In this document: positions 46,453 through 56,651 of the stretch, in pieces | Position numbering within the stretch: position 1 is the stretch's first letter | How the letters are laid out: the number at the start of each line of letters is the position of its first letter | Virus record (IMG/VR): IMGVR_UViG_3300032294_002030 | Location: 1 to 58,046 of that record | Source of the DNA: a virus | Taxonomy: Duplodnaviria > Caudoviricetes | Length of the DNA stretch: 58,046 nt | Strand: one strand, 5' to 3' | The notes under the pieces: model-generated | What the model saw: the letters and a program-made list of their open reading frames with translations, nothing else | What the model was told of the DNA's origin: nothing | Databases searched by the model: none | Program-made: the position numbers and the translations under genes

Positions 46453-47310
46453 ATGAAAAAAGATTTATTAATTGGTGCGGTAGATTTATATGATTGGTCA
46501 AATGTAAGAGTATGGGCAAAGTCTATCCGAGAAACAGGATTCGCGGGAGATATTGCATTGATTGCGTATAGAATAAAAAACGAAGTAGAATTCTTACACA
46601 AGTGCAAAGAATATAATGTCGAAGTATTTTCATTTGAACACGATTCGTTTGCTCGACCAATCGAACACAATGCCAAGGGAAGAGACACACAATGCCATCA
46701 GCTTCGGTTTTTCCATGCGTGGCAGTTGATGAATTGGTTTGTTGAAATGGAGCGAGAATATCGATATGTTGTAATGACCGATGTAAAAGACGTATGGTTT
46801 CAGAACAACCCATTTGATTTACTCGCAGAATCTAATGGTTTGATATTTGCTTCAAGCGAAAATATTAGTTATAAACATGAAGTGTGGGGGTATGATAATT
46901 TACTACAAGGATTTGGTGGTATTGTAGCGAACGAAGCCGTCACTAACGAATGGGAGATTTTTAACGTAGGCGTATTAGGTGGCGGGGCTGGCGCTATGAA
47001 AGAATTGTTCTTTTCCATTTACAGTATGACCTATGGAAGATATATTCCTTCCGACCAATCGGCGTTTAATACTATTGTACACCTAACCTCTCCTTACAAG
47101 TTTAAGAAAACTACCCACGAAGACCAATGGGCGTGTCAATGCGGAACCACACTTGACCCGCAAAAACAACAATACAAATTCAACTGGACTCATAAGCCAC
47201 CTGAAATTAAGGGAACGTCTGTTGTAAATTGTCACGGGGAACCATACGCAATTGTTCATCAGTGGGACAGAGTACCAGAACTAAAATCATATTTAGAAAA
47301 CAAATACTAA
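46453..47310 (+). CDS. Putative GT-A glycosyltransferase
   Basis: RF, TDVKDVWFQNNPF, NVG, DQ, IVHQWDR. Confidence 0.7.
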   Translation: MKKDLLIGAVDLYDWSNVRVWAKSIRETGFAGDIALIAYRIKNEVEFLHKCKEYNVEVFSFEHDSFARPIEHNAKGRDTQCHQLRFFHAWQLMNWFVEMEREYRYVVMTDVKDVWFQNNPFDLLAESNGLIFASSENISYKHEVWGYDNLLQGFGGIVANEAVTNEWEIFNVGVLGGGAGAMKELFFSIYSMTYGRYIPSDQSAFNTIVHLTSPYKFKKTTHEDQWACQCGTTLDPQKQQYKFNWTHKPPEIKGTSVVNCHGEPYAIVHQWDRVPELKSYLENKY

Positions 47311-47322
47311 AGGGTAACGGTT

Positions 47323-47913
47323 ATGTTAATTGAACACATTAGAGGGTTTTGTAATTTCGATGGTTTGTACGAACATTATGTAAACGCCGCAGAAGGCGGG
47401 GAAACGTTCGTAGAATTAGGTAGCTTGTGGGGAAGAAGCGCAATCAAGATGGGACAATTGATTCGAGATAGTGGAAAGGATATTAAATTCTTTTGTGTAG
47501 ACTTCTGGGATCTTCGTGGTATAACGGATAAGGTGTGGAGTGCTGAAGATTTGCAGTGGGTAAAATACATGGGGCTCTCCCCGGATCAAACTAATGTAGA
47601 CTTGTGCTATGAAACGTTCTTAACTACATTGTTTAAGTTTGAGTTGCAAAACCATGTGTTCCCAATTAAACTGTCTACCAGATCCGCTTACAAATTATTT
47701 AAGAACAACTCAATCGATTTCTTGTTTATTGACGCTGACCACTCATATGAAGGGGTAAAGCTAGATATTTCTCTATGGGAACCCAAGGTGGTAGAAGGGG
47801 GAGTTATTTCAGGCCACGATTACGATTGGGAAGGCGTGGCTCGCGCCGTAAATGAAATGTTTGCGGACAGGCAAATAGTTACGTTTAATACATCGTGGGC
47901 GGTACAGAAATGA
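47323..47913 (+). CDS. Class I SAM methyltransferase (Methyltransf_24-like)
   Basis: VELGSLWGRS, FIDADHSYEGV, GGVISGHDY. Confidence 0.85.
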   Translation: MLIEHIRGFCNFDGLYEHYVNAAEGGETFVELGSLWGRSAIKMGQLIRDSGKDIKFFCVDFWDLRGITDKVWSAEDLQWVKYMGLSPDQTNVDLCYETFLTTLFKFELQNHVFPIKLSTRSAYKLFKNNSIDFLFIDADHSYEGVKLDISLWEPKVVEGGVISGHDYDWEGVARAVNEMFADRQIVTFNTSWAVQK

Positions 47914-48647
47914 ATAAGTATAGTATTATTATTTCTTATAGGCACAGACAAAATCACTTAGACATTAATATTCCGCGACTACACAAGGTTTTTACGGAAT
48001 TAAACGTTGACTTTGAAATTATTATCGTAGAACAAAACGATGGTAATCCGTTTTGTCGGGGGCAATTGTTTAATGAGGGCGCCAAGGTTGCGACGGGAAA
48101 CATTTTAATATTTCACGACATCGATCATTACCCAACCGATGGTGTTAATTACATAAATTTTAATACCGACGTATTTTTGCCAATCGCCAAAGTGATATAC
48201 GTAGACAGTAATTTAAATCCAAAACCAACTGAAGCGGTTCCGTCTGGCTATAGGCACTTTAAAGACGGCGTAGACGCAAACTTTTTTGGTGGAATTAGTA
48301 TATTCAAGCGAGATAAGTTTTTTGAGATTAATGGATTTAGCAACGTGTATGTTGGATGGGGATTAGAAGACGCGGATCTTAGAGAGCGAGTTCTTCACTA
48401 CAAATTATCCGCTGCTCGCGACCGGGACAATACCTTCTTGGCACTAGACCATCCAGACTCAGGCGTTCCCCCAACCGATCCACATTTTCAAAATAACAAT
48501 CAAGCATTTGGTATGCGTTTTTATTTGTTAAAGTACGGGGTAAACTCTCAGTTGGCAACCGTAGAAGAAGCTACCCCTCCGATGAAAGAAATTACAAAAT
48601 GGTTAAAGGTTACTGATTTTGCCGTTAATGAGGATCTTGTTACATGA
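47910..48647 (+). CDS. GT7 beta-1,4-galactosyltransferase-like protein
   Basis: YRHR, IVEQ, FCRGQLFNEG, FHDID, FFGG, INGFSNVYVGWGLED. Confidence 0.85.
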   Translation: MNKYSIIISYRHRQNHLDINIPRLHKVFTELNVDFEIIIVEQNDGNPFCRGQLFNEGAKVATGNILIFHDIDHYPTDGVNYINFNTDVFLPIAKVIYVDSNLNPKPTEAVPSGYRHFKDGVDANFFGGISIFKRDKFFEINGFSNVYVGWGLEDADLRERVLHYKLSAARDRDNTFLALDHPDSGVPPTDPHFQNNNQAFGMRFYLLKYGVNSQLATVEEATPPMKEITKWLKVTDFAVNEDLVT

Positions 48648-49597
48648 AAAATGTTTTATTTGTAGCACATCGTTATGCTCCGTATCCCGGAGGTACGGAG
48701 TATAACGTGCAACGCATGGCGGAATCGCTATTGGAAAATGATCACAACGTATGGGTATTAGCAGACACTCACAAAGGAAATTATAACGGGGTGGGGCTCA
48801 CTAGTGACTACAACCTGTTGATGCATCCCGATTGGGATTTAATTGCCATACATGGGTACGGTCCAACTCAAGCCGTCGCTTTAACGAATGCACATGCAAT
48901 TCTCGCTAAAAAGTTATATATGATTATTGACCCGGAAAGTAACCCTCATACCTTGTTTGGTATGGAACACTGTGACTTTCTTGGATGGGCTACTTCATTT
49001 GATCTGCATCACATAAATGCTCATGGCTATAATGTAAAGGCACACCAGATACGGTATGCCGTAAACGAAGGATTACAGCCTACGTCAATTGACTTTAGAA
49101 AAAAGTACAACATAACCACGCGATACATGTATTTATCGTGCGGTGGATTCTGGACACACAAGCGTATGCCTGAGCTTGTTCAAGCGTTTGAAGAAGCAAA
49201 CGTTCCAGATACTACCCTTGTACTGACTGGATATGATAATAGAGACGGGTGGATGCCGGTTGAGACTGACAGGATAAAAGTAATATTCCAGCCCACTCAA
49301 GAAGAAGTATATGCCGCGATGCTGGCAGCAGATCTTTACATCATGAATAGTCAGCGGGAAGGATATGGAATTGTTATTTTAGAAGCCATGATTAATAAAA
49401 CAGAATGGATAGCTAGAGACATTGCCGCTGCACATGATCTACAAGAGTATGGTACGGTATATACGGAATATAATCAGTTAGTTTCCTTGCTGCGATCATG
49501 GAAACCAAATCCAATAAAAATAGAAGCTGGGTACCAATATGTTATGCACAACCATCTCTCTATGCATATTAGAAATGATTTGGAGAAACTGCTATGA
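48644..49597 (+). CDS. GT4-like glycosyltransferase
   Basis: PYPGGTE, HK, EGYGIVILEAM. Confidence 0.8.
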   Translation: MKNVLFVAHRYAPYPGGTEYNVQRMAESLLENDHNVWVLADTHKGNYNGVGLTSDYNLLMHPDWDLIAIHGYGPTQAVALTNAHAILAKKLYMIIDPESNPHTLFGMEHCDFLGWATSFDLHHINAHGYNVKAHQIRYAVNEGLQPTSIDFRKKYNITTRYMYLSCGGFWTHKRMPELVQAFEEANVPDTTLVLTGYDNRDGWMPVETDRIKVIFQPTQEEVYAAMLAADLYIMNSQREGYGIVILEAMINKTEWIARDIAAAHDLQEYGTVYTEYNQLVSLLRSWKPNPIKIEAGYQYVMHNHLSMHIRNDLEKLL

Positions 49598-50304
49598 AGT
49601 TCAGTTTCATAATACCAACGGGTGGTGGGGAGCATCTTGATACCGTGATCCACTATATATTAGAGGCCGTTCCGGCGGAAAATCTTGAAATTATATTGGT
49701 GGGAAATACTTCATACGATCATCCTAACATTATCAACATACCATTTGATGATACGGTGAAATCAAAGGCGTGGATTACTCGTAAGAAAAACCTCGGTGCT
49801 CAGGCTGCAAAGTTTGAAAATCTTGTGTTTATGCACGACTACATTGTACCCAACCCGGACAATTGGTATGCTGGTTGGCTTTCGTTTGGTGATAACTACG
49901 AGGTAGCCGGTAACGTTGTTTTAACAATGGAAGGAAAGCGGCATTCCGATTGGGTAGCCTGTTCGTATGATCTATGGTTGGCTGCCCCCGAATTAAAAGA
50001 CAATTATGATGTTCTCCTTCCGTATAACGTTAAAGGAATGAATGATGTTATGTATATGTCCGGTAATTATTGGGTCGCTAAAAAAGATTTTATGTTAGCA
50101 CATCCCTTAGACGAATCTCTTGTGTGGGGTGACGCGGAAGATATTGAGTGGTCTAGGCGAGCGCGTAAGCATACAGAGTTTAAAATTAATACGCATTCAT
50201 CTGTACATTTAATTAAACCCGGAAAATGGGCACCGGCATTTTTAAGCCAATATGGATACGAAAAATTACACAGTTATTTTGGAGTAACACCTTATTATGA
50301 TTAA
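49594..50304 (+). CDS. GT2-like glycosyltransferase
   Basis: FSFIIP, KKNLGA, FMHDY, LDE...EDIEWS. Confidence 0.7.
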   Translation: MKFSFIIPTGGGEHLDTVIHYILEAVPAENLEIILVGNTSYDHPNIINIPFDDTVKSKAWITRKKNLGAQAAKFENLVFMHDYIVPNPDNWYAGWLSFGDNYEVAGNVVLTMEGKRHSDWVACSYDLWLAAPELKDNYDVLLPYNVKGMNDVMYMSGNYWVAKKDFMLAHPLDESLVWGDAEDIEWSRRARKHTEFKINTHSSVHLIKPGKWAPAFLSQYGYEKLHSYFGVTPYYD

Positions 50305-51670
50305 ACTTATAATATTCGATTTAGATGGCGTTTTAATCGAAGCAAAAGAAATTCATTACGAAACATTAAATCGTGCAATCGAATATGTTTGTGGGGAAGA
50401 ATATGTTATTACTCCCGAGGAACATCTAGCACTGTATGATGGTCGTAAGACTAGAGAGAAGCTACAGATGCTTACTGAGCGGAAGGGAATACACCCAACG
50501 TTCCACGATAGAATCTTTGACACCAAGCAAGTATTTACAATGACGGCACTAAGGCAAGTCCAACCAGACACGCGACTTCAGTTTGTAATGAACTACCTTA
50601 AAGAAAAAGGATATACGTTAGCATGTTGCTCTAACTCTGTGCGAACAACTGTGTTAACGGCGTTAGCGAAGTTGGGATTGATTGAGTATATGGACCTTAT
50701 CATTTCCAATGAGGATGTGAAAAATAGTAAACCACATCCAGAGATGTATTGGAAAGCCATGAGCATAATGAAAACTCTCCCGGAAGAAACGCTCATCGTA
50801 GAAGACAGTCCACCGGGGCTGTTGGCGGCGGCTCGAAGTCACGCCCATGTTCTGCGAGTAAACAATCCACCGGACTTGACTTTAGAGAAGGTACTCGCTA
50901 AATTATATGAGATGAAAAATTTAATTGTGCCTAAGTGGCAAGGTGGAAAAATGAATGTATTAATACCTATGGCGGGAGCAGGAAGTAGATTTCAAGCGGC
51001 GGGATATACTTTTCCTAAGCCGCTGATTGAAGTTCGCGGTAAGCCAATGATTCAGGTTGTCACGGAAAATCTTAAGATTGATGCAACGTATATTTACGTT
51101 GTCCAAAAAGAACACAGAGAAAAGTATAATCTTGATACCCTGTTAAATTTGATTACTCCCGACTGCAAGATTGTAGAAGTAGACGGTGTGACCGAAGGAG
51201 CGGCATGCACCACCCTTCTGGCGAAAGAGTATATAAACAACGATGCTCCCTTGTTCCTATCCAACTCCGATCAATTCGTTGAGTGGAACAGTACAGAGTT
51301 TATGTATAAGATGGTAGAGCAAAATCTCGACGGCGGAATTGTTACGTTTACTGCCACACATCCTAAGTGGTCATTTGCAAAGACGAACGAGCATGGATAC
51401 GTAACTGAAGTTGCTGAGAAGAAACCCATTTCAGATATCGCAACTGTTGGGTTCTATTATTGGAAACACGGCTCAGATTATGTGAAGTATGCGGAAGAAA
51501 TGATTGCAAATAACATTCGGTTTAATAACGAGTTTTACGTTTGTCCCGTATACAATCAAGCAATCAAGGACGGCAAAAAGATAAAAACGTTTGATATTTC
51601 TCGTATGTGGGGCTTAGGCACCCCGGAAGACCTTAAGTATTTTCTAGACAATTATTCAGGTAATGTATGA
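50297..51670 (+). CDS. HAD phosphatase fused to sugar-nucleotidyltransferase
   Basis: FDLDGV, KPHP, VEDS; IPMAGAGSRF..PKPLI, EKKPIS, LGTPED. Confidence 0.85.
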   Translation: MIKLIIFDLDGVLIEAKEIHYETLNRAIEYVCGEEYVITPEEHLALYDGRKTREKLQMLTERKGIHPTFHDRIFDTKQVFTMTALRQVQPDTRLQFVMNYLKEKGYTLACCSNSVRTTVLTALAKLGLIEYMDLIISNEDVKNSKPHPEMYWKAMSIMKTLPEETLIVEDSPPGLLAAARSHAHVLRVNNPPDLTLEKVLAKLYEMKNLIVPKWQGGKMNVLIPMAGAGSRFQAAGYTFPKPLIEVRGKPMIQVVTENLKIDATYIYVVQKEHREKYNLDTLLNLITPDCKIVEVDGVTEGAACTTLLAKEYINNDAPLFLSNSDQFVEWNSTEFMYKMVEQNLDGGIVTFTATHPKWSFAKTNEHGYVTEVAEKKPISDIATVGFYYWKHGSDYVKYAEEMIANNIRFNNEFYVCPVYNQAIKDGKKIKTFDISRMWGLGTPEDLKYFLDNYSGNV

Positions 51671-52362
51671 ACTATAATGATATTGTTTCGTTAACGGATG
51701 GCCCTGTACGATATGCTCATGGTGGGCGAGGCCACCTACGAATGGCTCACAAAGAGGTTCCTCTTTCTATCTTGGAACCAGAGTTTCATTACATTACTAA
51801 TGCAATTATTGAAGGTAAGTGCCAGACTGGGTTTGAAGTGGCGACCGCGTTTGGTATTTCGGCACTAGCTGCCGCGCTTGGATTCAAACAAACCGGCGGT
51901 AAGCTGGTTACTATGGATGCGTATATTGAAGAAAACTCTGCCGATCCGAACGCATACCGTGGAGCTAATAAAGCTCTTTACAAAGATTCGATGGGGTTCA
52001 AGTCGGTTAACTATCTACGAGAGAAATTCGACTTGCAGAATAATCTTGCGGTAGAATGTGGATGGAGTCCTGACGATATCGACGAAGTGCTTGAGCGCAA
52101 TTTCGGCAAAAACGTCAAACTTGATTATGTGTTTATTGATTCCGGGCACTTCTCGGAACAGCTTGTTGCCGAGGTAGATGCGCTGGTCAAATATACGCAC
52201 AAGAATACGGTTTTTCTTTTCCATGACGTATATGAATATATGTTTGATCCAGCTACTACCATCCACGTAATGAGAACTCTAAACGGTAAGATTGATATTA
52301 TTCACAGAATGCCGGATGGGGAAAACTTGGGAAGACTTATTCCATTCGGAGAATCTGAATGA
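51667..52362 (+). CDS. Class I SAM methyltransferase-like protein
   Basis: FEVATAFGIS, VFIDSGH, FHD. Confidence 0.7.
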   Translation: MNYNDIVSLTDGPVRYAHGGRGHLRMAHKEVPLSILEPEFHYITNAIIEGKCQTGFEVATAFGISALAAALGFKQTGGKLVTMDAYIEENSADPNAYRGANKALYKDSMGFKSVNYLREKFDLQNNLAVECGWSPDDIDEVLERNFGKNVKLDYVFIDSGHFSEQLVAEVDALVKYTHKNTVFLFHDVYEYMFDPATTIHVMRTLNGKIDIIHRMPDGENLGRLIPFGESE

Positions 52363-53153
52363 GAGTAGCCGTTGTCTATACAGGACTAATGCGATGCTTT
52401 GAACAGGCATACGCGGAACAAAAACGATTTATGTTTAATGTTCCGTCCACGTATGAATTTCCGGTCACGTATGATTTCTACTTTCATACGTGGTCGGAAA
52501 GAGGATTTTATACTGGTAAGGGATACTTACCGGAAGAAAATGGGTTTGTGCGGTTGAAGGCAGAAGATCGCGGGTTTCATCCCGGCGGCGAGCCAATAAC
52601 TCCAGAACTAATTCGCTCTGTATATAAAAACGAAAACATTGTAGATATTGTGATCGAAGAGTTCGACGACATACAGCCCATTTTCGATGCACGAAAAGAA
52701 AATTTTCCTAACGCATTTACCAGACCAAAAAATACCATTGCTATGTTTTACAAAATTCAAAAAGGCATGGAGCGGTTTGGAGAAGTACGTCCCGTTGATT
52801 ATGACATGGTTATGCGGATGCGCCCGGACATTCTTCCACAGGGTCCGATCTGGACTTCCGGCTATAATCCAAACGCTATGCTGGTGTATCCGGGTGGAAA
52901 TAAATTAGGAAAGGGGGTTGGCGACGGAGTTAACATTTCCAGCCAAGAGAATATATATCGTTTTTCATCCGCGTATAGTAACTTAGAAGATTTATATTCT
53001 GTCACGGGAATATCGTGCCCGCATCTTTACACAGAAATAATGGCAAACTCTTTACAGTTGCCTCTTGAATTTATACGCTCCCCCTCTACCATCGCGCACT
53101 CACCGCACGGGGCATACCAAGAGCCGGAAGGCGGTATGTATATACCACAATGA
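52359..53153 (+). CDS. Putative glycan-modifying/GT-like protein
   Basis: VAVVYTGLMR, FHTW, MFYK, YDMVMRMRPD. Confidence 0.55.
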   Translation: MRVAVVYTGLMRCFEQAYAEQKRFMFNVPSTYEFPVTYDFYFHTWSERGFYTGKGYLPEENGFVRLKAEDRGFHPGGEPITPELIRSVYKNENIVDIVIEEFDDIQPIFDARKENFPNAFTRPKNTIAMFYKIQKGMERFGEVRPVDYDMVMRMRPDILPQGPIWTSGYNPNAMLVYPGGNKLGKGVGDGVNISSQENIYRFSSAYSNLEDLYSVTGISCPHLYTEIMANSLQLPLEFIRSPSTIAHSPHGAYQEPEGGMYIPQ

Positions 53154-54010
53154 AATATCTAATTAACTGTACAGGGTTTATTGGTGACACGCTTTTTGCA
53201 TCATCTATTGCTAAAAAGCTTCATGAGCAGGATTCGATGGCTGTGGTTGATTACGCTATACCTTTAATTCAACCAAAATTTTTACTGGAACAAAACCCGT
53301 ATATTAATTCGGTGTATTTACAATCGGAGCTTCGCCTCACCGACTACGATAGAATCTTTACTATGCCGTTGGTAGATCAATCCGAACCGGCTACTATTCA
53401 ATTTCAACGAGTCGCCGGTATAGAAAATCCAACAACAGAGTTTGATGTATACACTATCCCGGAGTTTGACGAGTCTGCTAAAGAACAATTGGAGAGATTG
53501 CGTAAACCAAATACGCCGTTGGTGGCGTGGCTAGCTGGGTGGAAGGACCGGGCATACCAAACTACATTAGATATGTATTGGAGAAAGGTGGGAGGTCCAC
53601 ATAGAGATATTGATAAGATCATAGTGTCTCTTGAAAAGAAATTTACAATGATCCCCGTTGGGTTGCCATGTGGGGTTTCTCAAACAACTCCCGCCGCTCA
53701 AAATCCATATGAGTACGCATTTCTAGCTTCTGTTATCAAAGCGTGTGATTGGATGATTGGTGGGGAGGGTGGAGTGACCAATCTCTCGTGTGCGGTTGGC
53801 ACCAGAACAATTATTACAACGTGCTTCATTGAGCAGTTATACGGACGGAATGGGCACATAAAGCAAATCCCGAAGCCACAGATGGGACCGGTCACGTATT
53901 ATCCAACTGGTGGGCATACACACTTAGCCCCGTTTATTAGCGACGACGAAGTGGCGACCGAGATAGAAAGAATTATTTTAACAAACGACAGTTATAAATA
54001 CGACTGGTGA
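53150..54010 (+). CDS. GT9 (heptosyltransferase)-like protein
   Basis: IGDTLF, NPYI, A.VIKACDWMIGGEGGVTNL..AVGT. Confidence 0.7.
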   Translation: MKYLINCTGFIGDTLFASSIAKKLHEQDSMAVVDYAIPLIQPKFLLEQNPYINSVYLQSELRLTDYDRIFTMPLVDQSEPATIQFQRVAGIENPTTEFDVYTIPEFDESAKEQLERLRKPNTPLVAWLAGWKDRAYQTTLDMYWRKVGGPHRDIDKIIVSLEKKFTMIPVGLPCGVSQTTPAAQNPYEYAFLASVIKACDWMIGGEGGVTNLSCAVGTRTIITTCFIEQLYGRNGHIKQIPKPQMGPVTYYPTGGHTHLAPFISDDEVATEIERIILTNDSYKYDW

Positions 54011-54013
54011 TAT

Positions 54014-54703
54014 ATGAAAATACTTTATAGAATTAGTGATGGATCGTATAAAAAAGAACGGTTCTCTCATGCCACAAAACAAACCTGCTTAGAGAACTTT
54101 TTGAAACATTTTCCAAAAGAAGAGGTTGCGATATATGCTGACAATGTTAAAGACTCTACTTATGAGTGGCTACAAACGTATGACTGTAGCCTTGTTCGCA
54201 CACAAGGCGGTAGCAGTGCCGCTGGCTTTCGAATTGTATTCGAAGATGCGCTGACGATTGACAATGAATCAGAGATTGTTTATTTTGTAGAGGATGACTA
54301 CTTGCATCTTGACGGGTCTCGTGCGGCTATTATAGAAGCTCTTGAGCGAGCCGATTATGTATCGCTCTATGATCATGCGGATAAATACATCCCGGCTTCG
54401 CAAGGTGGAAATTATTTCATTGCCGACGATGCAGCCGAAGAAACAAAAGTGTTTGTTACAAAAAGCCGTCATTGGAAGCTAACAAACAGTACTACGATGA
54501 CGTTTGCCACCAAAGTTAAAACTTTAAAACAAGATGCGCCTACGTGGCGGGAGTATACCCGTGGTACACACCCACACGACTTCCAGTGTTTTCTTGCGCT
54601 GCGAGAAAAACAACGGACTTTGGTAACGCCTATTCCCGGACTGTCTACGCACTGCGAGCCAAGGTGGGCGTCACCTTTAATTGACTGGTCGTTAGTTTAT
54701 TAA
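54014..54703 (+). CDS. Putative GT-A glycosyltransferase
   Basis: YFVEDDYLH, STTMTF, P.PGLSTH. Confidence 0.65.
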   Translation: MKILYRISDGSYKKERFSHATKQTCLENFLKHFPKEEVAIYADNVKDSTYEWLQTYDCSLVRTQGGSSAAGFRIVFEDALTIDNESEIVYFVEDDYLHLDGSRAAIIEALERADYVSLYDHADKYIPASQGGNYFIADDAAEETKVFVTKSRHWKLTNSTTMTFATKVKTLKQDAPTWREYTRGTHPHDFQCFLALREKQRTLVTPIPGLSTHCEPRWASPLIDWSLVY

Positions 54704-54743
54704 TTTTTTCGGACGTTTATTATATTTATAGTAAGAGGCAATT

Positions 54744-54899
54744 ATGGGCAGAAAAAAAATATATGATACTCCGGAGAAACGTCGTCATGCAAAAAATAAA
54801 CGAAACCAAAAATATTACGAAAAAAATAAAGAATCAATTAAAGAAAAAAATAGAAATAGATATCACAAAAAATTGGAGCAGAACATGTCCAATATGTGA
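54744..54899 (+). CDS. Small basic protein (51 aa, unlisted) MGRKKIYDTPEKRR...
   Basis: AAGAGG RBS and TATTTATA motif directly upstream. Confidence 0.55.
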   Translation: MGRKKIYDTPEKRRHAKNKRNQKYYEKNKESIKEKNRNRYHKKLEQNMSNM

Positions 54900-55632
54900 A
54901 AAAATATTAATTCACAAGAATGAAAAAAGTTACAAGGTGGGCGTTAGTAAAAAATTGTTGTGCAGAAGCTGTGTACAAAAAAATAAACCAGCATGGAATA
55001 AAGGGTTGACGAAAGATACGGATGAACGTGTAAAAAAATATTCAAATAGTTTGATAACTGCTTGGGTCACCGGAAAGGAAACTGGTAGAACAAGCTGGAA
55101 TACGGGACTTTCTGTGGAGGACGACCGGGTAAAATTAAACGTAGAAAAGTCTAGATTATCGTTACTAACTGGTTATGAAACTGGAAAGGTTGTCCCTTGG
55201 AATAAGGGAAAGTCTTTTCCACAAGTAGCCGGGGATAATAGTCCGACTAAGCGCCCAGAAGTTAGACAAAAACTTAGATTAAGTATAATTGAAAGTATAA
55301 AAAAATGTAAAAACGGAATAGCACCCAGATATAATCCACATGCATGTCGATTGTTTGACGCCATCAACAAAGAAATGGGATGGTGTGGTCTTCATGCGGA
55401 AAATGGAGGAGAGTTTTATATCAAAGATTTAGGATATTGGGTTGATTATTATGAACCCACACTTAATATTGTTATTGAATATTATGAAAAAGGGCATAAT
55501 AAAACAAAAACAATTATTCGTGATACACGTAGACAGCAAGAAATAATCAATTTGTTAAAATGTAAATTCATAGTTATACACGAAAAAGAGGAATCGTCAT
55601 GGAAAAAAATTATAAAAGAACAATACTCATAA
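54763..55632 (+). CDS. Putative homing endonuclease (CxxC, PWNKG repeats, PD-(D/E)XK-like C-terminus)
   Basis: CPIC..CRSC, AWNKG/SWNTG/PWNKG, HAENGGEF, WVDYY, IEYYE..H. Confidence 0.75.
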   Translation: MILRRNVVMQKINETKNITKKIKNQLKKKIEIDITKNWSRTCPICEKILIHKNEKSYKVGVSKKLLCRSCVQKNKPAWNKGLTKDTDERVKKYSNSLITAWVTGKETGRTSWNTGLSVEDDRVKLNVEKSRLSLLTGYETGKVVPWNKGKSFPQVAGDNSPTKRPEVRQKLRLSIIESIKKCKNGIAPRYNPHACRLFDAINKEMGWCGLHAENGGEFYIKDLGYWVDYYEPTLNIVIEYYEKGHNKTKTIIRDTRRQQEIINLLKCKFIVIHEKEESSWKKIIKEQYS

Positions 55633-56651
55633 CTGGAGTGGCCGGTTTGATTGGGTCGAGGTTTGCCGATTGGGTAGTTGAAAATGAACCAGACACTCAA
55701 ATAGTTGGAATAGATGATTTAAGTGGTGGATATATTGAAAATGTCAATTCAAAAGTGAAATTCTATCAATATGATATTTCTAGAAATATATTTTCTACGC
55801 ATAATTTAATTGAATCATATAAGCCAGATGTAATTTATCATTATGCATGTTACGCTGCTGAAGCATTGTCGCCATTTATTCGTAACTTCAATTACCAGAA
55901 CAACTTACTTACAACAACGAACATTATAAATGCGGCCATTAAGTATGGTGTTCGTAGAGTTGTGTTTACTTCTTCTATGGCCGTATACGGAAACGGAACT
56001 CCTCCGTTCGGGGAAGATGCCGTTCGTAATCCAATTGATCCATATGGCGTGGCAAAGATGGCATGTGAAATGGACCTTCAGATTGCCGGCGAACAGCATG
56101 GGTTAGACTGGTGCATAATTCGTCCACACAACGTGTACGGGGCAAAGCAAAACGTCTGGGACTCGTATAGAAACGTACTAGGTATTTGGATGTATAAGAA
56201 GCTCCACGACCAACCGTTTACTATCTTTGGTGACGGAGAACAAACACGGGCATTTAGTTATATTGATGATTCGGTGGAATGCCTTTGGAAGGCTGGGTTC
56301 TTGCCGGAATGCTCCAAGCAAATTATTAACTTAGGGGGCATTCACCATGTGTCAATTAAAGAAGCCGCACATACGTTAGCCGAGGTTGTGGGGGGATCAG
56401 AGATAATTCATCTACCACCGCGCCACGAAGTTAAATATGCGTTTCCAACATGGCAGAAGTCTGTAGATTTGTTAGGGTTTCAACACAAGACAGACCTTCA
56501 CGAGGGGCTGACAAAGATGTGGGAGTGGGTTAAGCAACAGCCAGAACGCCCCCGTCAGGTGTGGAAAGAATATGAATTAGACAAAGGTATTTACGAATTT
56601 TGGAAAAAGGATGCTCTGCTAAAGAATTCTAAACTAGTTAAGGAATTATAA
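55599..56651 (+). CDS. NAD-dependent sugar epimerase/dehydratase
   Basis: TGVAGLIG, SSMAVYG, YGVAK, HNVYG, GDGEQTR. Confidence 0.9.
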   Translation: MEKNYKRTILITGVAGLIGSRFADWVVENEPDTQIVGIDDLSGGYIENVNSKVKFYQYDISRNIFSTHNLIESYKPDVIYHYACYAAEALSPFIRNFNYQNNLLTTTNIINAAIKYGVRRVVFTSSMAVYGNGTPPFGEDAVRNPIDPYGVAKMACEMDLQIAGEQHGLDWCIIRPHNVYGAKQNVWDSYRNVLGIWMYKKLHDQPFTIFGDGEQTRAFSYIDDSVECLWKAGFLPECSKQIINLGGIHHVSIKEAAHTLAEVVGGSEIIHLPPRHEVKYAFPTWQKSVDLLGFQHKTDLHEGLTKMWEWVKQQPERPRQVWKEYELDKGIYEFWKKDALLKNSKLVKEL

